Shown: one piece after another, positions 1 to 9,965 of the stretch
Layout: each line of letters begins with the position of its first letter
Position numbering within the stretch: position 1 is the first letter of the stretch
From: Candidatus Microgenomates bacterium
GTDB taxonomy: Bacteria; Patescibacteriota; Microgenomatia; UBA8517
Length of the DNA: 64,000 nucleotides
NCBI GenBank assembly: GCA_049523135.1
Contig: JBEKNE010000001.1
Coordinates: 651,234 to 715,233, forward strand
Reading direction: 5' to 3'
Position numbers and translations under genes: made by a program
Notes under the pieces: generated by a model
What the model was told of the DNA's origin: nothing
The model's input: the letters and a program-made list of their open reading frames with translations, nothing else
Databases searched by the model: none

Positions 1-285
1 GATGATCTCAACCAAATCGGCAAGATTGTCCGATCCGAAACAAGAAAAATAGTTTTATCAGAAACTCCGGAAATTGTCCGATCTGAAACTATAAAAATTG
101 TTCAATCTGAAACTCCAAAAATTGTTCAATCCGAGACCGGTAAAATAATTAAGCCACTAAAGTCAGACATCTCCAAAATCAGAAAAGATGTCGATACTAT
201 GCTTTCGATGTTTGATCGAGAATACGTCGACCTAAGGAAAAGAGTCGAAAGAATAGAAGAACACTTGGGCTTCAATCAAAACTAA
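1..285 (+). CDS. 3' fragment of a repeat-containing protein (start lies upstream of window). Contains tandem ~8-aa repeats (PEIVRSET / IKIVQSET / PKIVQSET)
   Basis: Open frame 1 from window edge to TAA at 283-285. 24-nt near-identical DNA repeats at about 60-140. Confidence 0.4.
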   Translation, partial: DDLNQIGKIVRSETRKIVLSETPEIVRSETIKIVQSETPKIVQSETGKIIKPLKSDISKIRKDVDTMLSMFDREYVDLRKRVERIEEHLGFNQN

Positions 286-288
286 ACT

Positions 289-1512
289 TTATTCATATCT
301 CAAAGCCTCAATTGGCTGAAGATTTGCCGCCTTCTGGGCAGGGTACCAGCCGAAGATGACTCCAATGGCACCAGAAACTCCAACCGCCAAAGCAATTGAA
401 CTAATGGCAATTGTAAACGGCAAACTGATAACTTTAGAAATACCAAATGAGGCCGCTACCCCAACCATCATTCCGATTACGCCACCCGCAAAGGTAAGAA
501 TAATCGATTCGATTAAAAACTGGGCAATAATATCTTTCTTTTTGGCTCCCAAGGCTTTCCTAAGTCCTATCTCACGCGTTCTTTCGGTTACGGTAACGAG
601 CATTATATTCATAATTCCTATTCCGCCTACAATAAGAGAAATCGCGGCAATGCCAGAAAGGAGTGCCGTAAAAGTTCCTGTTACGGAGCTTACTGTTGAA
701 AGAATGTCATTCTGGGAAATAATCGTAAAATCGGCCTGAGTCGGATCGCTGATTTTGTGACGATCAAGAAGCAGGTATCCAACCTCGTCTTCAGCCGCAT
801 TCATTACATTTGAGCTTTTTGCTTGTACTACCACCGAAGTCACACTTACCGATCCAAAAAGTGAATTCATGGCAGTCGAGAGCGGAATATAAATTACATC
901 GTCCGCATTTCCAAAACCGGTTCCACCTTTGCTGACTGTTACTCCGATAATCTTAAAAGCCTGTCCTTGGATTCTTATGGACTGCCCTACAGGATCGGTA
1001 TTGGAGTTAAATAAATTCGACGCGGTAGTGGGGCCAATAACTGCAACTTTGGCCTGTTTCGCATTGTCATTGTCCGAAATAAACTGTCCTTCAGAAACAC
1101 TGACTTTGTGGATAGACGCATAGATTGCCTCAACTCCGGTAATTGAAGTATTGGTATTATTGCTCCCTGCAGTTACCTGTGCACGCCTTGAATATTCAGG
1201 GGAAACTGCGGAAACATCCGTTACTGTTGACGAACTCATAATTGCATTCGCATCGTCCAGTGTAAGAGTTGTTGCACTCCCCGCTCCACCTCTAATAAAT
1301 CCGCCCTGCTGACTTCCTGGTGATACCGTCAAAAGATTAGCTCCAAGAGACTCTATTTGATTTGAAACAGATTGCTGCGACCCTTGGCCCAAGGACACCA
1401 GAGCAATAACGCTTCCTATTCCGATGATTATTCCCAGCATTGCCAACCCTGTTCTTAATTTATTTATTGTCAGGGTTCTTACCGCCTCTTCGACTATTTC
1501 TTTATATTCCAT
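289..1512 (-). CDS. ABC transporter permease, MacB/FtsX family
   Basis: 407 aa. N-terminal TM, large periplasmic domain, C-terminal FtsX-like 3-TM bundle. Final gene of adaptor-ATPase-permease operon. Confidence 0.8.
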   Translation of the reverse strand: MEYKEIVEEAVRTLTINKLRTGLAMLGIIIGIGSVIALVSLGQGSQQSVSNQIESLGANLLTVSPGSQQGGFIRGGAGSATTLTLDDANAIMSSSTVTDVSAVSPEYSRRAQVTAGSNNTNTSITGVEAIYASIHKVSVSEGQFISDNDNAKQAKVAVIGPTTASNLFNSNTDPVGQSIRIQGQAFKIIGVTVSKGGTGFGNADDVIYIPLSTAMNSLFGSVSVTSVVVQAKSSNVMNAAEDEVGYLLLDRHKISDPTQADFTIISQNDILSTVSSVTGTFTALLSGIAAISLIVGGIGIMNIMLVTVTERTREIGLRKALGAKKKDIIAQFLIESIILTFAGGVIGMMVGVAASFGISKVISLPFTIAISSIALAVGVSGAIGVIFGWYPAQKAANLQPIEALRYE

Positions 1513-1514
1513 TT

Positions 1515-2219
1515 TTATGCAATAAGGTGCTGTTTATGTCCGTTCCCGTCTTTAACAATTTTTCCGTCCCGAATATGAATAATGCGCTTGGCGTGCTCGG
1601 CAATATCCGGCTCATGGGTAATCATTATAATTGTATGACCTTCCTTGTTTAATTTCTGAAAAATTGCCATAACTTCTTCCGCCTGGTCACTGGCAATATT
1701 TCCCGTCGGTTCATCCGCCAAAATAATTGACGGGTTAAGGGATAGTGCCCGGGCAATCGCGACTCTTTGTTGTTGTCCTCCGGAAAGCTGGGACGTTGTG
1801 TGGTCCATCCTGTCCCCCAAGCCCACCATTTTCAAATATTTTTCGGCGATCTCAAGTCTTTTCTCTTTTGGAATTCCGGCATACATCATCGGAATTGTCA
1901 CATTCTTTAAAGCTGAAGTTCGCGGAAGAAGATTAAAGGCCTGGAAAACAAAACCAATTTTTCTGTTTCTTATACCGGCAAGCTCATCATCAGTAAGTTT
2001 TTCTACATTTTCCCCATCCAGTATATAAGTTCCGGAAGTTGGGGTGTCAAGAGCCCCCAAGATATGCATCAGGGTGCTTTTTCCGGATCCGGAAGGACCC
2101 ATTATCGCTACAAATTCACCCTTTTCGATATTAAAAGAGACATCATCAAGAGCCATTGTCTCGGCTTCACCTGTGTTGTAAATTTTCGAAACGTGGGAAA
2201 CAGAAATAAGGGAACTCAT
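1515..2219 (-). CDS. ABC transporter ATP-binding protein (MacB/LolD-type)
   Basis: Walker [10 protein letters not shown], signature [15 protein letters not shown], Walker B ILADEPT. 3-nt gap to permease. Confidence 0.85.
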   Translation of the reverse strand: MSSLISVSHVSKIYNTGEAETMALDDVSFNIEKGEFVAIMGPSGSGKSTLMHILGALDTPTSGTYILDGENVEKLTDDELAGIRNRKIGFVFQAFNLLPRTSALKNVTIPMMYAGIPKEKRLEIAEKYLKMVGLGDRMDHTTSQLSGGQQQRVAIARALSLNPSIILADEPTGNIASDQAEEVMAIFQKLNKEGHTIIMITHEPDIAEHAKRIIHIRDGKIVKDGNGHKQHLIA

Positions 2220-2220
2220 G

Positions 2221-3567
2221 TTATCTCCCTCCTGTGGTTACTCTAGTCGCACCCCCAACACCTCTCAAGGAACTACTGAATACCGATGTTCCGGTCGAGG
2301 AAGTTGTAGAAGAAGTCTTTGAAACAGTACCTGTTATAACAGTTTCGCCTTCGGTTAATCCTGAAGTAATAACCGTATTTGTATCGTCGGATATTCCGGT
2401 TTCAACTGCAACATCAACCTCTTTGCCGTTTACTAAAGTTTTGGCATAAGTTGTCCCGCTTTGGGTAACAAGAGCGCTTGAAGGAACATAAAGAGCATCG
2501 GTTGCGGTATTAACAATAATATCCGCAGTTGCCGCCATATTGGGTAATATTTGATCACTGCCGGAGTCCAGCTTGATATTTACTCCATAGCTTGTGACGT
2601 TACTTACTACCGTTCCGATTCTGTCAACCGTTGCCACAACTCCGGTAAAAGTTGCGTCCGTAATTGAGTCAAAAGTAATAGTTGCCTTCTGACCTACTTG
2701 GACATTTGGAACATCGGTTTCACCCAGCGTGACATTAATAATCGGGGTTGCACTATTTTGAATTACGGCAATCCTTTGAGAAGAAACGGCTCCGGTTGTT
2801 GAGTTCGTACTGGCGGTTATTACCATTCCCTCAACCAAATTAATGTCGGTAATTGTTCCCGTATAAGGGGCGGTTATGGTTGGAGAGCTAAGCTGAAGAT
2901 TAATCGCCGAATTGCTTAAAGCAATTTGGGCCTGACTAAGGGTTGTCTGCTGATTTTCAAAACTTGCTTCGGAAGAAAGCCATGCGTCATTTTCCTCAAT
3001 GTAAGTTGGGTCATCAGTCGCAAGAGTTCTCGCAACTGCGTCATTCATAAACTTCTGATTGGCAACATACTCGGCAGACTGAAGATTATAGTAAGCATTT
3101 TGGGCGGAAACCAAAGCACTTTCGGCCGAATAATAACCGGAGAGTGCCGAAGCATATTGCTGTTGACCCGCCTGATCTGTCGTAATATCGGCAATTTTCT
3201 GGCCTTTGACAACCTTGTCCTCGTCTTTAACATAAACTTTTGTAACAATTCCTGAAGTATCCGTACTTATGGGAAGAACACTGGTTGAGATAGCCCTACC
3301 CGATGCAGAAATAGTGGAAACAATGGTTCCCTTCTGAACGGTTGATGTTTGGTAGGTAACTTTGGAACTATTTGCTGAAGCTATTTTCCAAATGCCGCCA
3401 ATAATGATGACGAGGATAACTGCCGCTCCAATCAGTCTTTTTTTATCAGCGGTTAGCCAGCCCCAAAAAGCACCAATTTTGCTCCAAATACCAGTTTTAA
3501 CAGGTTTTTCGGTTTCTTCCGGTTTCATCTTAGTTTTTCTTGCCATATTCAGTGTAAGCCTTTTCAC
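2221..3567 (-). CDS. HlyD/MacA-family periplasmic adaptor (membrane fusion protein) with Ser/Thr-rich C-terminus
   Basis: N-terminal TM, coiled-coil plus beta-barrel pattern typical of membrane fusion proteins. Operon position upstream of ABC ATPase/permease. Confidence 0.7.
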   Translation of the reverse strand: MKRLTLNMARKTKMKPEETEKPVKTGIWSKIGAFWGWLTADKKRLIGAAVILVIIIGGIWKIASANSSKVTYQTSTVQKGTIVSTISASGRAISTSVLPISTDTSGIVTKVYVKDEDKVVKGQKIADITTDQAGQQQYASALSGYYSAESALVSAQNAYYNLQSAEYVANQKFMNDAVARTLATDDPTYIEENDAWLSSEASFENQQTTLSQAQIALSNSAINLQLSSPTITAPYTGTITDINLVEGMVITASTNSTTGAVSSQRIAVIQNSATPIINVTLGETDVPNVQVGQKATITFDSITDATFTGVVATVDRIGTVVSNVTSYGVNIKLDSGSDQILPNMAATADIIVNTATDALYVPSSALVTQSGTTYAKTLVNGKEVDVAVETGISDDTNTVITSGLTEGETVITGTVSKTSSTTSSTGTSVFSSSLRGVGGATRVTTGGR

Positions 3568-3631
3568 GCTATACCTGCAAGTCTATCGTAAGTAGTCTGA
3601 AAGGAAGCTTAAAGGAAATATAAAGGAATTT

Positions 3632-4606
3632 TTAAAGCATTACCGTGAAGGTTGTTCCTTTTCCGATTTTGCTTTTTACGGAAATTTTACCGCCGTGGGC
3701 ATCTACTATTGATTTTGCAATTGAAAGTCCAAGCCCATATCCGTCAGTCCCCCGGGATTTATCGGACCTGTAAAATCTGTCAAAAATATGCGGCAGATCT
3801 TCAGCCGGAATTCCCATTCCGTGATCCTCGACTTCCAGCATTCCCCCTTCTTTGGTTCTAACTTCAACCACTGTCTTTTTGGGAGAATACTTAAACGCAT
3901 TTTCAAGTAGGATTGTGGTTAGTTCGATGAGTGAATCTTCATTTCCTTTAACAATTGATTTATGAAGGTTTACCGCAACCTTCTTTCCGTCAACCGCTTT
4001 TTTAACAACCTCCCGTAAATCGATTTCTTTCATCTCAAGCACCCCTTTGCCGTTTTCAAATTTATTCAGTTCGAGTAGATAGTTCGAAAGTTTTTGCATT
4101 TTATCCACATCCTCAAGATTGCTTTTCAGAAGCGATTTTGCACCCAGAATACTCAACCTTCTATCTCTCAGGGCAACTTCAATTTCCGTTTTAAGCGAGG
4201 TCAGAGGGGTTCTAAGCTCATGACTGGCGTTTCCGACAAATTCTTTCTGCTCATCCATCATCTTTTTAATAGGATCCAAAGTTTGCTCAGCCAAAAAATA
4301 TCCGCCAAGACTCGATAAAACCAAAATAGAGACATTAATAAGGCCCAGTGCCCAGATAATTCTCATCCTTGCCTGTTCCACCGTTTCCGAATCGGCCGGC
4401 TGATTTTCAGGAGGAACCGGAAGGCCCTGAGAAATTAAAATACTATCGATGGTATCAACTCTTTGCTGCCTAGAGCGCTGCATGTTATCAACCCTAGTCA
4501 GTTCTCCGTTAACTCCGACATAAATTGCCACGGAAAAACTAAGGCTAATCGCCATAATAATAGCCAGGTACCATGCAGTTAACTTAATTCTTGCTTCTTT
4601 AAACAT
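3632..4606 (-). CDS. sensor histidine kinase (two TM, HisKA plus HATPase_c)
   Basis: H-box SHELRTPLTSL; N, G1 (DHGMGI) and G2 (GYGLGLSIAK) boxes. Confidence 0.8.
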   Translation of the reverse strand: MFKEARIKLTAWYLAIIMAISLSFSVAIYVGVNGELTRVDNMQRSRQQRVDTIDSILISQGLPVPPENQPADSETVEQARMRIIWALGLINVSILVLSSLGGYFLAEQTLDPIKKMMDEQKEFVGNASHELRTPLTSLKTEIEVALRDRRLSILGAKSLLKSNLEDVDKMQKLSNYLLELNKFENGKGVLEMKEIDLREVVKKAVDGKKVAVNLHKSIVKGNEDSLIELTTILLENAFKYSPKKTVVEVRTKEGGMLEVEDHGMGIPAEDLPHIFDRFYRSDKSRGTDGYGLGLSIAKSIVDAHGGKISVKSKIGKGTTFTVML

Positions 4607-4613
4607 AATTCAA

Positions 4614-5279
4614 TTATTCCACCTTGTAGCCAAAACCCCTTACGGTTTTAATTAAGTTGCTACCGATTTTGTCACGGAGATAGCCGATAAAAACTTCAAC
4701 CGTGTTAGGCAAGATATCGGCTTCATAATCCCAAACATGGGCAATTATATTTTCTTTGGAAACAACCCTTCCGGCATTTCTCATTAAATACTCCAGAAGT
4801 GCAAACTCCTTGCGGGAAAGTTCCACCGGCTTTCCCCCGACTTTTACTTCAAAAGTATTTGTATCAAGTTCCAAATCCCTGACTTTTAATTTATTACTTT
4901 TAGCCTCACGGGGACGCCTGGCAAGAGCTTTTACCCTAGCCAAAAGCTCTTCAAAAGCAAAAGGTTTAATAAGATAGTCGTCTGCCCCGCTATTTAAACC
5001 TTCAAGCTTATCTGATAGCTCCCCACGGGCCGTCAGCATCAAGATTGGTGTATGATTTTCTGCCGCTCTCAGCTTCTTGCAAATCTCCATTCCGTCCATT
5101 TTAGGAAGCATTAAATCAAGCACGATCACATCATATTCTTCTGAAGAAGCCATATCATAGCCCTCTTCACCATCATAGGCCACGTCGGTAGCCCAGGTTT
5201 CCTGTTCAAATCCGCGCTTTATGGAGTTGGCAATTTTATGTTCATCTTCAACAACCAGAATTCTCATGTCTAGGTTCAT
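4614..5279 (-). CDS. OmpR-family response regulator (receiver plus winged-helix)
   Basis: Receiver motifs (VVEDE, DVIVLDLMLP, phospho-Asp context). C-terminal trans_reg_C-like wing (RGFGYKVE). Confidence 0.85.
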   Translation of the reverse strand: MNLDMRILVVEDEHKIANSIKRGFEQETWATDVAYDGEEGYDMASSEEYDVIVLDLMLPKMDGMEICKKLRAAENHTPILMLTARGELSDKLEGLNSGADDYLIKPFAFEELLARVKALARRPREAKSNKLKVRDLELDTNTFEVKVGGKPVELSRKEFALLEYLMRNAGRVVSKENIIAHVWDYEADILPNTVEVFIGYLRDKIGSNLIKTVRGFGYKVE

Positions 5280-5367
5280 ATTATACCAAAAATGCTGAAA
5301 AATAGCTGAAAGAGGGCATTGATTATCACTTGAAAGGAATGACTACCATGATATACAATCTTCTATT

Positions 5368-6168
5368 GTGGCAAACGATAATATTATTGAAGTAAAAAAT
5401 TTAGTTAAAAAATTCGGAGATTATACCGCAGTAGATAATCTCTCGTTTGAAGTTAAACGGGGCGAAGTATTTGCTTTCCTTGGCCCGAACGGTGCAGGAA
5501 AAACGACCTCAATAAAAATGTTGACGACTCTTCTACTTCCAACTTCAGGTAGTATCTCAATAAACGGTTTCGATCCTATTAGGCAGCAGCATGAAACCAG
5601 AAAATCTTTCGGAATTGTTTTTCAAGATCCCTCTCTCGACGACGAACTGACGGCCTACGAAAACCTTGAATATCACGGGATTTTGTACGGGGTGCCGAAA
5701 GGTTTAAGAAGACAAAGGATTGAAGAACTTTTGAAATATGTCGATCTTTGGGAAAGACGTAATTCTTTAATCAAAACTTTTTCGGGAGGAATGAAGAGAA
5801 GGCTTGAAATTGCCAGAGGGCTTCTCCATCACCCCAAGATCTTTTTCCTGGACGAGCCAACTCTCGGGCTCGATCCTCAAACCAGAAATCACATCTGGAG
5901 CTATATTAAAAAATTAAATAAAGATGAGGGAATTACGGTATTTTTTACAACCCATTATATGGACGAAGCCGCAAAGGCGGCAGACCGAGTTGCTATTATC
6001 GATCGCGGAAAGATTATTGAAACCGGAACTGTGCAACAACTTCTTAAAAAGACCAAGACAAGTTCCTTAGAGGATGCATTTCTGAGCTTGACAGGACATG
6101 AGATAAGAGATGAAGCCGTAAGCGCGCACGAAGCTTTTAGAGCTCATCACCAAATGCATAGTAGGTAA
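5368..6168 (+). CDS. ABC-2 type transporter ATP-binding protein (DrrA-like)
   Basis: Walker A GPNGAGKTT, signature FSGGMKRRLEIARGL, Walker B FFLDEPTLGLD. Confidence 0.8.
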   Translation: MANDNIIEVKNLVKKFGDYTAVDNLSFEVKRGEVFAFLGPNGAGKTTSIKMLTTLLLPTSGSISINGFDPIRQQHETRKSFGIVFQDPSLDDELTAYENLEYHGILYGVPKGLRRQRIEELLKYVDLWERRNSLIKTFSGGMKRRLEIARGLLHHPKIFFLDEPTLGLDPQTRNHIWSYIKKLNKDEGITVFFTTHYMDEAAKAADRVAIIDRGKIIETGTVQQLLKKTKTSSLEDAFLSLTGHEIRDEAVSAHEAFRAHHQMHSR

Positions 6169-6178
6169 AATAAAATAT

Positions 6179-6925
6179 ATGAACAGTATTTACATTCTCT
6201 GGTTGAGACAACTTAAAAGGTATTTCAGATCTCGTTCCAGAATGATCGGATCTTTGGGACAACCAATTCTTTTTCTGGTTGCGCTGGGATTTGGCTTAGG
6301 CCCCGTTTTTGCTAAAGCCGGTCAGGGAAATTATCTTGAATTCATCGCTCCCGGAATAATTTCCATGAGCATTCTTTTTACGGCAATTTTTTCAGGAATT
6401 GAAATTATCTGGGACAGACAATTTGGATTTTTAAAAGAAACTTTGGTAGCTCCCATTACCAGATGGCAGATAATGATCGGAAGAACTCTGGGAGGGGCAA
6501 CAGTAGCCGTCTTTCAGGGAATAATTGTTCTCCTTCTTTCTCTTCTTTTCGGATTCAGAATTGAAACTTTTGTTTTAATTCCCCAGATGCTTATTTTTAT
6601 GCTTCTAATTGCCCTTCTTTTTACCGCTCTCGGAACCGCAATCGCGTCAGTTCTCGAAGATATGCAGGGGTTTCAACTAATCATGAACTTTTTGGTGATG
6701 CCTTTCTTCTTCCTTTCCGGAGCACTTTTTCCTCTTCAGGGAGTTCCAAAAGTTTTGGAAGTTATTGCCAGTATTGATCCCCTTTCTTACGGAGTTGATG
6801 GTCTAAGAGGTGCTATCACAGGATCCTTCCATTTCGGACTTTCAATCGACTTGATTGTCCTTTCTTCCGCTACAGCAATTCTTATAGGGATTGGTACATA
6901 TCTTTTCTCCAAAATACAAATTTGA
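6179..6925 (+). CDS. ABC-2 type transporter permease
   Basis: 248 aa with six predicted TM segments. Immediately downstream of ABC-2 ATPase. Confidence 0.75.
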   Translation: MNSIYILWLRQLKRYFRSRSRMIGSLGQPILFLVALGFGLGPVFAKAGQGNYLEFIAPGIISMSILFTAIFSGIEIIWDRQFGFLKETLVAPITRWQIMIGRTLGGATVAVFQGIIVLLLSLLFGFRIETFVLIPQMLIFMLLIALLFTALGTAIASVLEDMQGFQLIMNFLVMPFFFLSGALFPLQGVPKVLEVIASIDPLSYGVDGLRGAITGSFHFGLSIDLIVLSSATAILIGIGTYLFSKIQI

Positions 6926-7257
6926 AATCCAATATGACCAAGTACAAAGAATACTTCGACAAAATGGTTTCGGAAAATAAGGAAGCTTTTTATAAATTTA
7001 CACGCGCACATTTTGAATATTCAATCGATCAAAATAAAAACCAGGAGGAATTCAACAGAGAAGGTGAAAAAATTCTCAAAATTATCCACGAATGGGAAGA
7101 CAGACTCTGCAAGCACTCGGAAGGTGCCGGATTCGGAAAATATACTTCCTCTTTAGCCGAAAAATTTCAGGATGAAGTCAAAAGCCACTTTCCCCTAATT
7201 GATCACGTAGGAATAATTGTCAATAAGTTCTCCCTTAAGAAAATTAAACTGAATTAG
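6922..7257 (+). CDS. hypothetical protein (soluble, Lys/Glu-rich)
   Basis: ORF overlaps permease stop by 4 nt (ATGA coupling). No recognisable motif. Confidence 0.4.
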   Translation: MKSNMTKYKEYFDKMVSENKEAFYKFTRAHFEYSIDQNKNQEEFNREGEKILKIIHEWEDRLCKHSEGAGFGKYTSSLAEKFQDEVKSHFPLIDHVGIIVNKFSLKKIKLN

Positions 7258-7269
7258 TTATCCTTTCAG

Positions 7270-7875
7270 TTATAAAGCGATCAGTATCGCTCCTACAATT
7301 ACCACAACTCCAACTCCGGCGCCAACAATAGTAGGCCAACCAGTTCCCGTAACCGGAATGGGCCTTGGGGTAGTTTGCACATAAGGGGTCGCTGATGCTG
7401 ATGCTGTCGCTGTAGCCGTCGGGGTTGCACTGGCAGAGGCGGTTGGTGTCAAAGTCGGTGAAGGCGTGACTGTCGCCGTTGAACAAAGCGTTAAATCCGT
7501 AGTCCATGAAGAGTTTTGAGTAGGACAACAATACTGTTGCGACCCGCAGGTTGCAATTGTCCCAACATTCGCAATGCTCGAACAACTTATTTGTTCCGGT
7601 GTTCCGTCTGCATTCGGGGAAGCACAACTCATCAAAAGAGTCGTTTGTCCGGCTACGGGACAGGCTTCAGCCCCCGGACAAAGATTTGCCGCAGCTTTTT
7701 CCTGAATATTTTGCTGCTGCTTAACAAGCAGAACGCCCGCCGCAACACTCAGTGCCAAAAAAAGAGTTACAACAACGCCTATTATTATTCCTGTTTTACC
7801 GACTTTCCGAGGTTTTTTGCCGGTGACCATCTCAAAAGGAGGTGTACCATTTGTTTCATTATTTTGAGTGGGCAT
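7270..7875 (-). CDS. hypothetical surface protein. N-terminal TM, 10-Cys extracellular module, Pro/Thr/Ala-rich linker, C-terminal hydrophobic segment
   Basis: Sequence composition. C-terminus ...IPVTGTGWPTIVGAGVGVVVIVGAILIAL with no charged tail. Confidence 0.45.
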   Translation of the reverse strand: MPTQNNETNGTPPFEMVTGKKPRKVGKTGIIIGVVVTLFLALSVAAGVLLVKQQQNIQEKAAANLCPGAEACPVAGQTTLLMSCASPNADGTPEQISCSSIANVGTIATCGSQQYCCPTQNSSWTTDLTLCSTATVTPSPTLTPTASASATPTATATASASATPYVQTTPRPIPVTGTGWPTIVGAGVGVVVIVGAILIAL

Positions 7876-7890
7876 ATTAATTATATTATC

Positions 7891-8538
7891 TCACAACTGT
7901 GCAATTAGTTTTGGTGTTATTTCCGAAAACTTTCCAACAATTAAATCAGCACCGGTGAGATTTTTCTCATCTTCCAGATCAGAAATTATTATCACCTTCA
8001 TTCCTGCACTTTTGGCCGCATCAATATCCGATTGTGTATCGCCAATAACCAAACAGTCTTTTGCTGGCACGTCCAGCTTATCGGCAGCCAACAAAAAGGC
8101 ATCAGGAAAAGGTTTTTTGTTCAAAATTTCCTCACCTGTTACTGTAGCATCAAAAACTCCATCAAGGTCCAACTTTTTAAAAACTTCTTCAACCACCCAC
8201 CATTCACAATTTGTTGCTAATGCAATCTCAATATTGCTTTCTCTCAAATTTTCAAGAAAATTTCTCGCCCCTTCAATTAATTTAATGTCCTGTAAAAATT
8301 TTACATAATGTTTATAAGTTAGACTTTTCAGCTCATCCAAAGTTTTATCCGTTGTAATATTGTACTTAACGAGGAGAATGCGCCAGTTATCTTCTATACC
8401 AACTCCAGGAATTTCAGGATGCTCACTAATAGGCTCCTTTCCTAAACTCTTCAAAACCTCGGAGAAGGCTTTACTCCACAGGCCACTACTATTTATGAGT
8501 GTTCCATCGAGATCAAAAATTACGGCGGAGAGTATCAT
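7891..8538 (-). CDS. HAD-family hydrolase (beta-phosphoglucomutase/phosphatase-like)
   Basis: Motif I DLDGTL, motif III K, motif IV GDTQSDIDAA. Confidence 0.7.
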   Translation of the reverse strand: MILSAVIFDLDGTLINSSGLWSKAFSEVLKSLGKEPISEHPEIPGVGIEDNWRILLVKYNITTDKTLDELKSLTYKHYVKFLQDIKLIEGARNFLENLRESNIEIALATNCEWWVVEEVFKKLDLDGVFDATVTGEEILNKKPFPDAFLLAADKLDVPAKDCLVIGDTQSDIDAAKSAGMKVIIISDLEDEKNLTGADLIVGKFSEITPKLIAQL

Positions 8539-9965
8539 TTCTTTTTAACTATCGTTCCCATAGAAGTATCTTCAAGTGTATATCCATCTTTTTCTATCTG
8601 CGTACGAAAGTCGTCTGCAGAATCATAGTTACCTCTCTGGCGCTCCAATTCCCGCTGGTCTATGTTATTTATAGTTCCTCCACTTATCATAATTGTGGGG
8701 GAAAATAAAATTGTAGCCTTTGAAACAGGTAAAACGTTTTTAACCATTTTTTCTGACTTATAGGTAGAAAGACCCAATCCCAAAATTTCATCGAGGCTCA
8801 TTGCCAAATCATATTTATCGCCCGAGGGAATATTGCTTTTAAGCATCTCCCAAAAAACTGCCAAGGCCTTGGGGGTACCCAGATCATCACTTAACGCTTC
8901 CAAAAACTCACTGCGGAAAGTTTCAATTTTATTTTCTTTTTCTTCAGATAATACACTCCTATCCGTTTGTGTTTTAAGAGAATTTATCTGATTGCGGAGC
9001 CTTTCTAAGCCGTTTTGGGCGGCTTGCAGCGAATCCCAAGTAAAGTTCAATGTATCACGGTAGTGTACTCCCAAAAATAAGTACCTGAGTGCCAACGGAT
9101 CGAACCCTTTTTTGACAACATCATCAATTGTATAAAAATTTCCTAAACTCTTACTCATCTTCTTCCCATCAACCATTAAAAATGCCGTATGCAACCAATA
9201 TCTTACAAGAGGAATCTTACCCGATGCGGCTTCCATCTGGGCAATTTCTGCCTCGTGATGCGGAATAATGAGGTCAACTGCACCACCGTGTATATCATAT
9301 TGTGGTCCAAAAAAAGTCTCCGTAATTGCAGTATCTTCTATGTGCCACCCAGGCCTGCCTTCTCCTATTTCAGTTTTCCAAGAAGGTTCATTAGGTTTTG
9401 AAAACTTCCACAAACAAAAATCATTCCAACCTTTCTTTTGCTTGTTTTCATCTATTCTAGATACGGAATCACTCTGTGAAAGTTCGGTACGGCCCGAGAG
9501 CTTTCCGTAATCCGAAAACTTAGAAATCTCAAAATATATACCGTCATCAATCGTATAAGCGTAACCTTTATCTATCAGGGTTTTAACTTGTTTAACAATT
9601 TGACTTATATAATCAGTCGCCCGTGCATATTTTGTAACGGAAATATTGTTGAGTTCTTTCATATTTTCCATGTAAATACCTTCATATTTGTTGACAAGTT
9701 CCTTCCACTCGATTCCCAACTCCCTTGATCTACTTAATATTTTGTCATCAATATCTGTGATATTTTGAAGATAAAAAACGTCAAATCCTGCATATCTCAA
9801 AAATCTTACCAAGAAATCAAATTGTGTATATGTTTTTGCATTGCCGATATGGGGATTGTCATAAACAGTTGGACCACAGACAAAAAGATTAACCTTTTTG
9901 TCATTTATCGGTTCAAACTTTTCCTTTTTTCTTGTTAATGAATTTGTTAGAAAAATATCAGCCAC
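8535..9965 (-). CDS. cysS: cysteinyl-tRNA synthetase
   Basis: Class I HIGH (PHIGNAKT) and KMSKS (KMSKSLGN) motifs. CysRS-type zinc-site residues. Confidence 0.9.
   Translation of the reverse strand: MADIFLTNSLTRKKEKFEPINDKKVNLFVCGPTVYDNPHIGNAKTYTQFDFLVRFLRYAGFDVFYLQNITDIDDKILSRSRELGIEWKELVNKYEGIYMENMKELNNISVTKYARATDYISQIVKQVKTLIDKGYAYTIDDGIYFEISKFSDYGKLSGRTELSQSDSVSRIDENKQKKGWNDFCLWKFSKPNEPSWKTEIGEGRPGWHIEDTAITETFFGPQYDIHGGAVDLIIPHHEAEIAQMEAASGKIPLVRYWLHTAFLMVDGKKMSKSLGNFYTIDDVVKKGFDPLALRYLFLGVHYRDTLNFTWDSLQAAQNGLERLRNQINSLKTQTDRSVLSEEKENKIETFRSEFLEALSDDLGTPKALAVFWEMLKSNIPSGDKYDLAMSLDEILGLGLSTYKSEKMVKNVLPVSKATILFSPTIMISGGTINNIDQRELERQRGNYDSADDFRTQIEKDGYTLEDTSMGTIVKKK

Noticed and set aside
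356-739. 127-aa plus-strand ORF inside the MacB-like permease gene. Similar antisense/overlapping small ORFs exist throughout (e.g. 929-1123, 1745-1936, 2926-3255, 4756-4977, 9189-9401, 14171-14491, 19819-20199, 21061-21498, 27021-27239, 54733-55320, 60558-61142)
   Set aside because: Each lies embedded in a longer, motif-supported gene on the opposite strand or in another frame and has no recognisable motif. Treated as shadow ORFs.
7244-7627. 127-aa Cys-rich ORF in an alternative frame of the 7270-7875 gene (same strand)
   Set aside because: Shorter out-of-frame alternative. The longer frame has a coherent TM/Cys-module/PT-linker/anchor architecture.
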